From Tolypothrix carrinoi HA7290-LM1 (GTDB lineage Bacteria > Cyanobacteriota > Cyanobacteriia > Cyanobacteriales > Nostocaceae): DNA of 32,441 nucleotides. Positions 1-9,412 of this stretch are shown here, in pieces. The translations under genes and the position numbers were made by a program. The number at the start of each line of letters is the position of its first letter. The first letter of the stretch is position 1. The notes below the pieces were generated by a model, which saw only the letters and a list, made by a program, of their open reading frames with translations, was not told the DNA's origin and searched no databases. Where the stretch lies: contig JAHHIK010000095.1 in NCBI GenBank assembly GCA_019358935.1, forward strand, positions 1-32,441. Direction: 5' to 3'.

Positions 1-45
1 GCTGTGATTGAAAAATATATCAATGACCCACATCATTACAAATGA
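1..45 (+). CDS. tnpA: C-terminal end of an IS200/IS605-family Y1 transposase (TnpA), cut by the window edge
   Basis: Frame 1 reads AVIEKYINDPHHYK*, resembling the TnpA C-terminal helix with the catalytic Tyr (..VI.KYI.NQ); followed by a subterminal hairpin. Confidence 0.65.
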   Translation, partial: AVIEKYINDPHHYK

Positions 46-60
46 CGCTCGTTAAAACGA

Positions 61-117
61 GCCGTGTCGCGTTTCCGCCCCGATTTAAAAATACGGGGCT
101 ACCACGCTTCCGCTAGC
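61..117 (+). mobile_element. IS200/IS605-type element end with subterminal hairpin
   Basis: GCCCCG(77-82)-ATTTAAAAATA-CGGGGC(94-99) stem-loop just downstream of the tnpA-like stop. Confidence 0.6.
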
Positions 118-286
118 TTTTAGGTGTGTTTTCTTTTTATTCCTCAGTTTCTAAGATGTCGATGCTTTTCGGAGAGCGAAAACACGCCCTAATCCCTATT
201 TTCTGGTGAAATCTATCCACCATCCACTCACGAGTGCGATAATTCCCAAGAGGGACGCGCTCAAACTGGTAAGTTAAGGGGGAGAG

Positions 287-1861
287 ATGAAAATTAAGCG
301 ATTAATTCTAATTGTGCTGACGCTGGTGGCGATCGCCATAACTGGTTTCTCTTTATTTAACAGTTGGAAAGAGCCTCAGTTCCAAAGTCGTCTGGAACTA
401 TACCAAACAAATATTGCATTGCAAGCTGCTGAATGGGAACCACCAAAAAATAATAGCGGCAATTTGAAGCCAGCGCGTGAAGCAATACTCGGCGAGAAAC
501 CTCTAGAAGCGGCAACAAAGCAGTATCAAGATGTGCGCGAAGCCGCTGAAACTAATTTGGAAAAAACCAAAAACCAATTAGCAAAGCTGCAATCTCAACC
601 GATTACCACTCCTACCACCCCTAAACCTCAACCAGAAATCCCCCCTGTTACTAACACCTCCCGCGAAGTACAGCAAAAACAGTTGCAGCAGTCGCGAAAT
701 CAACTGCAAAAATTGATTGCCGAATTAGACTTGCGACTGGGAATTTTACAAGCACAGCAACAACAGTTACAAACGGCTCAGAAAACTTGGGCACAATTGC
801 CTCAATCAAACATCGATTCTAAATTGAAGGAAACTGCTGCTGTGTTGAGTGGGCTGTGGAGCGATCCCCCGCGTTTGTTGCCAAATGCTCAACAACTCAT
901 TCAAGAAAATTTAGAAGGTTGGTTTAGTTCTACTGCTCTGGTTCAGCTTTATCAACTCCAGCAACGTCAAGAAGCACTTTCAACGCTCTTTGCTGCAAAA
1001 CAAGCAGCGGCTTCTCAAGCTTTGGTGAAATTAGCGATCATCGGCACAATCCCCACTGTAACAGCTTTGATCGGTATGGGACTGCTGATTTTTTTAATTG
1101 GTCAGCGTTTGATAAAGGGAAAAGCCGCTTTATTAGCTCAAAATGGCGATCGCGTTTGGACAACACCTTGGGATGTGGAAACAATTTTGCAAGTCTTCGT
1201 TGTCGGCTTTTTCTTGTTGGGACAAATTGTAGTACCTATTTTGTTTTCGCTGATCCCGATTCCGCGTCCTGTAGGTAATGTCAGAATTCAGGCTGTTTAT
1301 GTTTTAGTTAGTTACTTGCTGTTAGCATTGGGTGCGTTATCGGTGATGTATTTTTCGCTCAAGCGCTTTTTGCCGCTAGAGTCGGACTGGTTTCGCTTTC
1401 GAGTGCTAGACAAGTGGTTTTTATGGGGATTAGGCGGTTATTGTGCAGCTTTGCCCATAGTCGTGGTAGTATCTTTGATTAATCAACAACTATGGCAAGG
1501 ACAAGGTGGTAGTAATCCCTTGTTGCAACTGGCATTAGAAAGCCAAGATAGTACCGCACTAAGCATATTTTTCTTTACGGCAGCGATCGCAGCACCTTTA
1601 TTTGAAGAAGTTTTGTTTCGCGGCTTTTTGTTGCCCTCGCTCACTCGTTACTTTTCTGTGTGGGGAGCAATTTTTGTTAGTGCTTTGTTATTTGCGATCG
1701 CTCACCTCAGCTTATCAGAAATTCTCCCCCTATCTGCTTTAGGAGTCGTTTTAGGAGTCGTTTACACGCGATCGCGCAACCTCCTCGCTCCCATGCTCCT
1801 CCACAGTCTCTGGAATAGTGGTACATTACTCAGCTTATTTTTACTTGGCAGTAATAAATAG
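287..1861 (+). CDS. CPBP/CAAX (Abi) family intramembrane metalloprotease with large N-terminal soluble domain
   Basis: APLFEEVLFRG, FAIAH and LLHSLWN motifs; multiple TM helices; GGGGAG RBS upstream. Confidence 0.92.
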   Translation: MKIKRLILIVLTLVAIAITGFSLFNSWKEPQFQSRLELYQTNIALQAAEWEPPKNNSGNLKPAREAILGEKPLEAATKQYQDVREAAETNLEKTKNQLAKLQSQPITTPTTPKPQPEIPPVTNTSREVQQKQLQQSRNQLQKLIAELDLRLGILQAQQQQLQTAQKTWAQLPQSNIDSKLKETAAVLSGLWSDPPRLLPNAQQLIQENLEGWFSSTALVQLYQLQQRQEALSTLFAAKQAAASQALVKLAIIGTIPTVTALIGMGLLIFLIGQRLIKGKAALLAQNGDRVWTTPWDVETILQVFVVGFFLLGQIVVPILFSLIPIPRPVGNVRIQAVYVLVSYLLLALGALSVMYFSLKRFLPLESDWFRFRVLDKWFLWGLGGYCAALPIVVVVSLINQQLWQGQGGSNPLLQLALESQDSTALSIFFFTAAIAAPLFEEVLFRGFLLPSLTRYFSVWGAIFVSALLFAIAHLSLSEILPLSALGVVLGVVYTRSRNLLAPMLLHSLWNSGTLLSLFLLGSNK

Positions 1862-2300
1862 CAATTTACTTATCCGGTTGACAAAATCTATCTTTTATGC
1901 TTTTATCTCTAGTAACTAGTATTTACTGGTTATAATTCGTAGTTAAACGTCAATAAAAGCTAGCTTGACAGCAATCTGCTGTGTGCCTAAATAACAGAAG
2001 CAAGTCTGTTAAATAGCTAACAAAATACCTATGTAGCATTAAATCTCAACGCGGCAATTGAAGCCAATTTTAAGACATAAATTACATTCTCAAACCAATT
2101 GGTGCTGAGATTATTTAGTTGCAAATCCTTGTTTTACTCAAAAGCGTCAAAATTGGCTGCAAAGCAGATTCATTTCTACGCTCTAGTTTCGCATACAGGT
2201 AAGGGAAGATTATTCTGACCACAAAAGGACACTGTTACAAACGCTCTAGTAAAGCGTTCATATCAGCGTTCTACTTGTTGCAACAATAAACTGAAAAAAA

Positions 2301-2329
2301 TCCGGAAAAGATAGGCTTTACCTGTAGAA
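2301..2329 (+). promoter_or_regulatory. Possible DIF1-type (heterocyst-specific) promoter element
   Basis: TCCGGA at 2301-2306 followed 17 nt later by GTAGAA, inside a 750-bp intergenic region; a hexamer can occur by chance. Confidence 0.25.
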
Positions 2330-2609
2330 AGTCATATAGCAGAGCAGTTGTTGACGATTATTGCGATTAATTCTTTGCAAACAGAATTGTCTCGCGTCAC
2401 ATGAGCGTAAAGCTGCTGTGCTGGGATTTTATCTCACCTCAAAGTTACGAATACTCATTCAATCATAGGAATGGTTTTAGACCAAGCTAAAAAACCTCTC
2501 CTCTCATGCTGACAGCGTTGCTTATGCAATAGTGGCACGCTGCGTCTCGCAATTTTTAATTACACGAAAATCCCGAAGTTTTATACATCCATAAAGGAGC
2601 AACATTAAT

Positions 2610-2885
2610 ATGGCAAATATCAATCAAAGCCACGCTAACAAACAACTTATAGCTGGTTACTGTGGCATTCTTTTCGGTGGTTTTGGCGTTCATAAGTTTA
2701 TTCTGGGATACACTCCACAAGCCTTAATTATGCTGCTTGTTTCCGCAGTTGGCGGTTATTTTACCTACGGCTTTAGCTTGTTAATTATGCAACTTGTAGG
2801 TTTAATAGAAGGCATGATTTATTTGAACAAAAACCATGAAGAATTTATTAAGACCTACTTTCGGAATAAGCAGGGCTGGTTCTAA
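2610..2885 (+). CDS. TM2-domain membrane protein
   Basis: AGYCGILFGGFGVHKFILGY TM2 signature and LIEGMIYL; AAGGAG RBS. Confidence 0.88.
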   Translation: MANINQSHANKQLIAGYCGILFGGFGVHKFILGYTPQALIMLLVSAVGGYFTYGFSLLIMQLVGLIEGMIYLNKNHEEFIKTYFRNKQGWF

Positions 2886-2961
2886 GCAATTCAAAAGTCA
2901 AAATAGTTTTTAGTTGATAATTCTTAGAAAAGAAGCCCTACAAATTACTATTAGTGCTGAT

Positions 2962-3165
2962 ATGCTGACACTTAAAAATAAAAAACTGAACTTGATAATT
3001 TTCCTGCTCTTTGGCTTTGGGTATTTTAACGGCATATCTAGTTTGCAAATCAACGATTTTTGGAAAAGCCAGATTGCTTTTATACCACTACAGCTAGCCG
3101 CGATCATCTATGTAACTTATTTACAGTCCAATAAACACGACAACTCACCTTCTACGGAGAGATGA
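2962..3165 (+). CDS. Small hypothetical membrane protein (ATG at 2962 preferred over TTG at 2914)
   Basis: Two hydrophobic segments; co-oriented behind the TM2 gene. Confidence 0.5.
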   Translation: MLTLKNKKLNLIIFLLFGFGYFNGISSLQINDFWKSQIAFIPLQLAAIIYVTYLQSNKHDNSPSTER

Positions 3166-3308
3166 GGAGTGGGGGAAGCGTGGTGTGGATGATAACTTCA
3201 ATAAGTTATTAGGATTTACAGTCTGTCGTAATTGCGGATTTAGCCTACCCTCGAAATAGAGGCGCTTTAGAAAGGCGTTGAAGTTTCGTAGCAAATCCTA
3301 CACATTCC

Positions 3309-6038
3309 ATGCAACTTGTCCCAAAAACTCAACTCCCAGCAGAACCAACCCTGACAACAGAGAAAATCACCTTAGATGTTGCGGGGATGAAGTGTGCTGG
3401 ATGTGTGAAAGCGGTAGAACGACAGTTAATTGAACATCCAGGAGTCAAAAGTGCCTGTGTGAACTTGGCAACTGAAGTAGCAGTTGTAGAGTCTGAAGCT
3501 GGTGCGGTAGAACCAGATGCACTGGCGAAGCGATTGACTGATGCTGGATTTCCAACTCAACCCAGGCAAACTGGCGATAAAATATTAGGCGATAAACAAG
3601 ATGACGAACCGGCGAAACGACAGCGCCGAGAAATGCGTTCTTCACTTAGGCAATTAGCGATCGCCACAATATTGCTGGTATTATCAGGAATTGGGCATTT
3701 TGGTCATATGACTGGCTCAATGCAGCCACTAGATAACATCTGGCTTCACTGCGGACTAGCAACAGTGTCATTACTAATTCCCGGACGCCCGATTTTAGTA
3801 GATGGTTGGCGGGGTTGGCGGCGAAATGCACCCAATATGAACACTTTAGTGGGATTGGGAACTCTCACGGCTTACACTGCGAGTTTGGTAGCGCTGCTGT
3901 TCCCCCAAATGGGTTGGGATTGCTTCTTTGATGAGCCAGTGATGATGATCGGCTTTATTCTGTTGGGGCGAACATTAGAAAGATATGCTAGAGGACGCGC
4001 TGCTGCTGCATTTAGGCAATTGCTGGCACTTCAGCCCCAAGTAGCGCGATTAATTGCCAACCCAGAAAAAGCCGGCAACAGTTCGCCTGTCGAAATTCCC
4101 GCAGAGCAAGTGCGTGTGGGAGAATGGTTGCAAGTACTGCCAGGTGATAAAATCCCCGTTGATGGCAAAGTGGTAATAGGGCAAACAACCGTAGATGAGT
4201 CGATGCTGACTGGGGAAGCTGTACCCGTGATTAAGCAAGCGGGAGATGTGGTGACAGCCGGAACCTTAAATCAGTCAGGAGCGATCGCTATTCAAGCCAC
4301 ACGTACTGGAAGTGATACAACTTTAGCTCAAATTGTCGCTTTGGTAGAAGACGCACAAACTCGTAAAGCGCCAGTACAAAAATTAGCAGATACAGTCGCT
4401 GGTTATTTTACCTACGGTGTCTTGACAGCCGCTGTCTTGACATTTGTCTTTTGGTACTTTTTCGGTACACATATTTGGCAAAATGTCAACATGTCAGGTG
4501 CAATGGAGATGTCTCACCACGGGCAAAGTTATCCTGCCCCAGCTATGTCCGGACTATTGTTGAGTTTAAAGTTAGCGATCGCTGTGATGGTAGTCGCTTG
4601 TCCTTGTGCTTTGGGACTTGCCACACCTACAGCTATTCTCGTAGGCACTGGCATCGGTGCAGAACGAGGTTTGTTAATCAAAGGTGGCGACGTTTTAGAA
4701 CGAGTACATAAGTTAGATACGATAGTTTTTGATAAAACAGGCACTCTCACTACTGGTAATCCTACTGTTACCGACTGCCTTGTAATTGCAAAAGTGGAGG
4801 AAGATAAAAAAGTAATTTCTTCCCCCACTCCCCCACTCCCCCACTCCCCCACTCCCCCACTCCCCCACTCCCCTACTTCCCCCACTCCCTACTCGCTAAT
4901 ACAGTTAGCAGCAGCAGTAGAAAGCGGTACTTGCCATCCCTTAGCAAAAGCGATTCAGCAAGAAGCGCAACAGCAACAATTATCAATCCCAGATGCTAAA
5001 GACTTTCATACCGAACCTGGACTTGGCGTGTCTGCTGTAGTAGAAGGTACAAGCGTGATTTTAGGTAATAGCGACTGGTTAAGTTGGCACGGAATTTCTA
5101 TTAATGAAACTGCACGCCAGATGGCGGAAAAATTGGCAGCAAATGGTAAAACAGTCGTTTACGTCGCCGTAGAAGGGATTTTAACCGGGTTAATCGCCGT
5201 TCAAGATACCCTCAGACCAGACGCTAAAGCAGCGGTTGACAAATTACGCTTGATGGGTTTGCGGGTAATGCTGCTGAGTGGCGATAGATTAGAGGCAGCT
5301 AGTGCTATAGCCAAACAATTAGGACTAGATAGCGAGAATGTTATGGCAGGTGTCCCTCCCAGCAAAAAAGCAGCGGCGATCGAGGCTTTGCAGAAAGGGG
5401 GATTGGGGACAAAAGGACAAGGGGACAAGGGGACAAGGGGACAAGGGGGACAAGGAGGACAAGGAGGACAAGGAGGACAAGGAGGACAAGGAGGACTCCT
5501 TGGAGACAAAAAGACTTGGGAAACTCCCCACTCCCCACTCCCCACTCCCCACTCCCCACTCCCCACTCCCCACTCCCCACTCCCCACTCCCCAATCCCTT
5601 GTGGCGATGGTTGGGGATGGTATAAATGATGCCCCGGCGTTGTCGCAAGCTGATGTGGGAATTGCTTTACATTCGGGGACGGATGTGGCAATGGAAACTG
5701 CTGAAATTGTGCTGATGCGCGATCGCTTAACCGACGTTGTAGAATCTATTCAGCTTAGTCGTGCTACCTTCAACAAAATCCGTCAAAACTTATTTTGGGC
5801 TTTTGCCTACAATACATTGGGCATTCCCTTAGCCGGTGGTGTGTTGTTCCCCAGTTTCGGTTTTGTCCTCAGTCCATCTGGTGCTGCTGCTTTAATGGCG
5901 TTTAGTTCTGTTAGCGTCGTCACTAATTCATTGTTATTACGTCGAGCAAGCTTATCGCCCGTAGAATCCTCCTCTAGAGGTAAAATTTTTCAGCACAGGT
6001 CTTGGTTTTGCCCATCTCAGGTTAAACTAAGTCGTTAG
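3309..6038 (+). CDS. Heavy-metal (Cu) translocating P1B-type ATPase, CtaA/PacS-like
   Basis: GMKCAGC metal-binding domain, TGE, CPC, DKTGTLT, HP, GDGINDAP, YN and MAFSS motifs. Confidence 0.95.
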   Translation: MQLVPKTQLPAEPTLTTEKITLDVAGMKCAGCVKAVERQLIEHPGVKSACVNLATEVAVVESEAGAVEPDALAKRLTDAGFPTQPRQTGDKILGDKQDDEPAKRQRREMRSSLRQLAIATILLVLSGIGHFGHMTGSMQPLDNIWLHCGLATVSLLIPGRPILVDGWRGWRRNAPNMNTLVGLGTLTAYTASLVALLFPQMGWDCFFDEPVMMIGFILLGRTLERYARGRAAAAFRQLLALQPQVARLIANPEKAGNSSPVEIPAEQVRVGEWLQVLPGDKIPVDGKVVIGQTTVDESMLTGEAVPVIKQAGDVVTAGTLNQSGAIAIQATRTGSDTTLAQIVALVEDAQTRKAPVQKLADTVAGYFTYGVLTAAVLTFVFWYFFGTHIWQNVNMSGAMEMSHHGQSYPAPAMSGLLLSLKLAIAVMVVACPCALGLATPTAILVGTGIGAERGLLIKGGDVLERVHKLDTIVFDKTGTLTTGNPTVTDCLVIAKVEEDKKVISSPTPPLPHSPTPPLPHSPTSPTPYSLIQLAAAVESGTCHPLAKAIQQEAQQQQLSIPDAKDFHTEPGLGVSAVVEGTSVILGNSDWLSWHGISINETARQMAEKLAANGKTVVYVAVEGILTGLIAVQDTLRPDAKAAVDKLRLMGLRVMLLSGDRLEAASAIAKQLGLDSENVMAGVPPSKKAAAIEALQKGGLGTKGQGDKGTRGQGGQGGQGGQGGQGGQGGLLGDKKTWETPHSPLPTPHSPLPTPHSPLPTPQSLVAMVGDGINDAPALSQADVGIALHSGTDVAMETAEIVLMRDRLTDVVESIQLSRATFNKIRQNLFWAFAYNTLGIPLAGGVLFPSFGFVLSPSGAAALMAFSSVSVVTNSLLLRRASLSPVESSSRGKIFQHRSWFCPSQVKLSR
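4822..4890 (+). repeat. 8-mer (CCCCACTC)n tandem repeat inside the ATPase gene, in frame
   Basis: Encodes PTPPLPHSPTPPLPHSPTSPTP. Confidence 0.9.
5404..5592 (+). repeat. GGGGACAA/GGAGGACAA repeats followed by (CTCCCCA)n STRR inside the ATPase gene, in frame
   Basis: Encodes (GQG)n and (PHSPLPT)n just before VAMVGDG. Confidence 0.9.
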
Positions 6039-6257
6039 TCAGGTTATGGGTGCATCTCACAAAGCCTGTTGACACTCTTAAAAGAGCAACAGCAGCCAAA
6101 AGAATAGAACATCTTCGTTCTTTCATATTGCAAGTCAATATGCAATTCAAATGCATATTACATTAGTAGTACAGACTTTGAGTGCGCGAAAATGCCAAGA
6201 AACCACACTAAACAACTTTTAATTAATTACACAACCACTTCTAGCAACGATTTGTCA

Positions 6258-6716
6258 ATGGCAGCAGAAACTAAGCTAGCAGAAACTAATGAAAGCCATC
6301 TACTGATTATTGAAGACGATCAAGGACGCAAAGAATTTATGCTCTCACGTCCTTTGTATTCTATCGGTAGACGCGACTGCGATATTACTTTAGTATCACA
6401 GTTTGTCTCACGCCGTCATGCGACATTAGTTAGACTGCCACGAGACGATAAAAACCATAGTTATTATTATCGGATTGTCGATGGTGATGCCAAAGGCAAA
6501 CCTAGCGCCAACGGTTTAATGATCAACGGTCGCAGGATACCAGCACACGATCTCAAAAATGAAGACGAGATTGTTTTTGGTCCTCAGGTACGTGCTATTT
6601 ATTATTTGTTAAGAGATACTGCACGACCCATAATACAAACAGATGCCACAGAGTATGATATCACACTCATAAACCCTGGCATGGCTGAAGATATAGACGA
6701 GGATATTGAAGATTGA
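6258..6716 (+). CDS. FHA-domain protein (start 6258 likely; ORF open from 6192)
   Basis: SIGR, VSRRHA and SANG FHA motifs. Confidence 0.88.
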   Translation: MAAETKLAETNESHLLIIEDDQGRKEFMLSRPLYSIGRRDCDITLVSQFVSRRHATLVRLPRDDKNHSYYYRIVDGDAKGKPSANGLMINGRRIPAHDLKNEDEIVFGPQVRAIYYLLRDTARPIIQTDATEYDITLINPGMAEDIDEDIED

Positions 6717-6844
6717 AAACCTGCCAAAACTGGTATGTTTTTATTATCATCTTCCTTTTTCGCTATAAAGGCGTGTTGCTAAAGAACCGCTTGATACTCA
6801 AAAAAGCAACCTTGAGCAAACGCCTTTGTCATGAGTACCACTGC

Positions 6845-7192
6845 CTACCCCGCAATGCTTTCAATCAAATGCCAATGGCGGTTATGTTCGATCGCTTGCT
6901 TGAGGTATTCAAACACTTGGCGGCAGTGATTATCAAGTTGAAGAGGCAGTTCCTCATTTTTAATCACAATACTCATCCGGGTTTCTGTTTCCGTAGCTGT
7001 TGACTTATCAATCAAAACTTCCACCTTGACTAACTTAGAGAAGGAAACACTACCAGGAATTTCACGAGCCATAATGTAATCGGCAGTATAGTATTGAACA
7101 TCAAACTCACAGTCTTGCAGAAGTTCTACAACCAACGGCTGGAGACGGTCAATAGTCACAGAAACAATAAATGAACACGTATAGCGAGCCAT
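6845..7192 (-). CDS. Conserved cyanobacterial hypothetical protein (start MARYTCS; ORF open to 7240)
   Basis: Globular, coding-like sequence filling the gap between the FHA and epimerase genes. Confidence 0.7.
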   Translation of the reverse strand: MARYTCSFIVSVTIDRLQPLVVELLQDCEFDVQYYTADYIMAREIPGSVSFSKLVKVEVLIDKSTATETETRMSIVIKNEELPLQLDNHCRQVFEYLKQAIEHNRHWHLIESIAG

Positions 7193-7339
7193 AGCCCCAA
7201 GCAAACGCAACACTCCGTCCATCCTATAATATCGAAGCATGTAAAAGGCAAGTAGTTATAGATTCATAATTAAACCAAAGTCGTTAGTGAGAAGATAAAG
7301 CAAAACAAGACACAATAGTAAGTTGGGCAAAGGTGCAAA

Positions 7340-8257
7340 ATGAAAGTAGCAATTACCGGGGCAACAGGATTTGTGGGCAGTCGTTTGGTAGAACGACTTC
7401 ACTCTGAAGGTCATACAGTGCTAGTGTTAACTCGCAACACTACCTTTGCCCAAAAAGTTTTTCCTTCTCAGGCTTTCCCGAAGGTAGAAATTATTGATTA
7501 TACACCAATCTCTGATTCTTGGCAAGATGCAATATCAGGTTGTGATGCTGTAGTCAATCTTGCTGGAGAACCCATCGGTGAGGGACGTTGGACAGCAGAA
7601 CGCAAGCAGGAAATTCTCAACAGTCGCAAACTGACTACGCAAAAAATTGTCGAAGCGATCCAGATTGCTAACCCCAAGCCATCTGTATTAGTCAACGCTT
7701 CGGCTATTGGCTATTATGGCACCAGTGAAACCGCTACCTTTGACGAAACCAGCGCTTCTGGTAACGATTTTCTCGCTCAAGTCTGCCAAACTTGGGAAGC
7801 TGAAGCGAAAAAGGTAGAAGCATCTGGTGTGCGGTTAGTTATTCTGCGTTTCGGTATTGTTTTGGGAAACGGTGGTGCTTTAGGCAAAATGATTACCCCC
7901 TTCAAACTCTTTGCGGGTGGTCCCATTGGCAGCGGGAAGCAGTGGTTTTCGTGGATTCACTTAGACGATATTGTGAATTTAATACTGCAAGCTTTAAATA
8001 AATCAGAAATGCAAGGCGTATATAATGCCACTGCGCCTCATCCTGTCCGCATGTCAGAATTATCTCAGACTATGGGGCAAGTAATGAATCGTCCTTCTTG
8101 GTTGCCGGTTCCTAGTTTTGCGATCGAAGCTCTTTTAGGTGATGGAGCGATCGTAGTTCTCGAAGGTCAACAAGTCCAGCCCAAACGCACCTTAGAAACA
8201 GGTTTTGAGTACCAATATCCTAATTTAAAACCTGCCCTAGCACAAATCCTCAAATAA
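7340..8257 (+). CDS. thyD: TIGR01777-family NAD-dependent epimerase (ThyD/YfcH-like)
   Basis: ITGATGFVG Rossmann motif, VVNLAGE, SAIGYYG, GSGKQWFSWIH, C-terminal DUF1731-like region. Confidence 0.88.
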   Translation: MKVAITGATGFVGSRLVERLHSEGHTVLVLTRNTTFAQKVFPSQAFPKVEIIDYTPISDSWQDAISGCDAVVNLAGEPIGEGRWTAERKQEILNSRKLTTQKIVEAIQIANPKPSVLVNASAIGYYGTSETATFDETSASGNDFLAQVCQTWEAEAKKVEASGVRLVILRFGIVLGNGGALGKMITPFKLFAGGPIGSGKQWFSWIHLDDIVNLILQALNKSEMQGVYNATAPHPVRMSELSQTMGQVMNRPSWLPVPSFAIEALLGDGAIVVLEGQQVQPKRTLETGFEYQYPNLKPALAQILK

Positions 8258-8278
8258 AGTTATTTCTTAATTCGTAGT

Positions 8279-8296
8279 GAGCGGTTTACCGCTCAT
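8279..8296. terminator. Hairpin after thyD
   Basis: GAGCGGT-TT-ACCGCTC inverted repeat about 20 nt after the stop. Confidence 0.5.
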
Positions 8297-8453
8297 ACTT
8301 AGTTGAGTGTGTTAGCGCCATTCATTACGACACCGAAACTATATTTTTAGCTGGCTCCGACAGAAGCCCCACACTGCACCTGTACTCAGGTCAGTGTTCG
8401 GATGAATGACGGGGCAATGACGAATACACAGGCGTAGCGATAGTGAACGCAGT

Positions 8454-8561
8454 TCACTTAGCGATGTTGGTCGATGAGGAATTGCCTATCTCTGGAATTT
8501 TTAACGAGTCAATGAGGTCTTCAATAACGTGAGTCATTGTCGTATCTTTCATACTTGCATA
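8454..8561 (-). pseudogene. 3' fragment of a small, probably ribbon-helix-helix gene divergent from tnpB
   Basis: Reads YASMKDTTMTHVIEDLIDSLKIPEIGNSSSTNIAK*; from recall it resembles the second helix of small cyanobacterial CopG/RHH-like proteins. Confidence 0.5.
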
Positions 8562-9124
8562 TGTTCATGATGGTGAACAACTTACCAAGCACTCCAACCC
8601 AAAGCATCTTAAGCGCCATAAGAAAAATCTAGCTCGTAAGCAGAAAAAGTTTGCTCGTAAAGTTAAAGGAAGCAATTCAAGAAACAAGTATAGAAAACTC
8701 GTAGCTAAAGTTCACGAACGAGTATCAAATTCCCGCCAGGACTTCTTGCATAAACTAAGCAGAAAACTGGTAAACGAAAGCCAAACTATCGTTGTAGAGA
8801 ATCTCAACGTTAAGGGAATGATACGGAACAGGAAGCTATCAAAATCAATATCCGATGTGGGTTGGGGAATGTTTGTTAACTTCCTGGACTACAAGTTAAA
8901 AGCCAATGATGGACAACTTGTGCAGATTGGAAGGTTTTTTCCCAGTTCTAAAACGTGTTCATGCTGTGGTCACGTCCGCAAAGGAGTTAACGTTGGATAT
9001 CCGTGAATGGGATTGTCCATCGTGCAATGCTCATCATGACCGTGATGGTAATGCAGCATTGAACATCAGGAAAGAAGGAATTCGGATATTATCTATGGAC
9101 GGAGGGAAAGAGAGTTTTTGCTGA
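8554..9124 (+). pseudogene. tnpB: tnpB (RNA-guided endonuclease) pseudogene, 5'-deleted and frameshifted near 8977
   Basis: [40 protein letters not shown] / [26 protein letters not shown]; the RuvC-I Asp motif and N-terminal half are absent. Confidence 0.92.
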
Positions 9125-9412
9125 TGGAGGCTGTGTAAGACCACCTACTCGTAAGGGCAAGGGGCAACGGTCACTGAATTCAGAAGCCCACACCGTACCC
9201 GCAAGGGTCGGTGTTGGGTAGTTCACTACGTTACAGACAATTGACAAAGCAGGATGGGGAAGCAAACCTCTCGCAGAATTCGACTGGGAGCAATTGTTTT
9301 GCATAAAAGCAGCGACAAAGGCTTTATCTTTGTGGCAGTTTTAAGGGAAGTGAGGGGCGAGGGGAGGGGTAGAGGCGCTGTAGAATAAAATTGAAAACAA
9401 TATAGGGTAAAG

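Larger units (their letters stand above)
8361..9226 (+). mobile_element. Internally deleted IS605/IS1341-type element
   Basis: Related hairpin ends CAGAAGCCCCACACTG..CAGTGT (from 8361) and CAGAAGCCCACACCG..CGGTGTTGGGTAGTTCAC (9181-9226) bracket a tnpB remnant. Confidence 0.85.

Noticed and set aside
1912..1926. NtcA site
   Set aside because: Spacing is GTA-N9-TAC, not N8.
3210..3300. MITE bounded by TAGGATTT/AAATCCTA
   Set aside because: Only an 8-bp inverted repeat; could be chance.
4529..5691. Overlapping ORFs with GEWGVGS, CPP or DKE repeats
   Set aside because: Alternate-frame readings of the STRR inserts in the ATPase gene.
8746..9124. Two functional genes, or a catalytically dead TnpB-derived regulator
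   Set aside because: They are two frames of one tnpB lacking its N-terminal half and start; ordinary decay is the simpler explanation.
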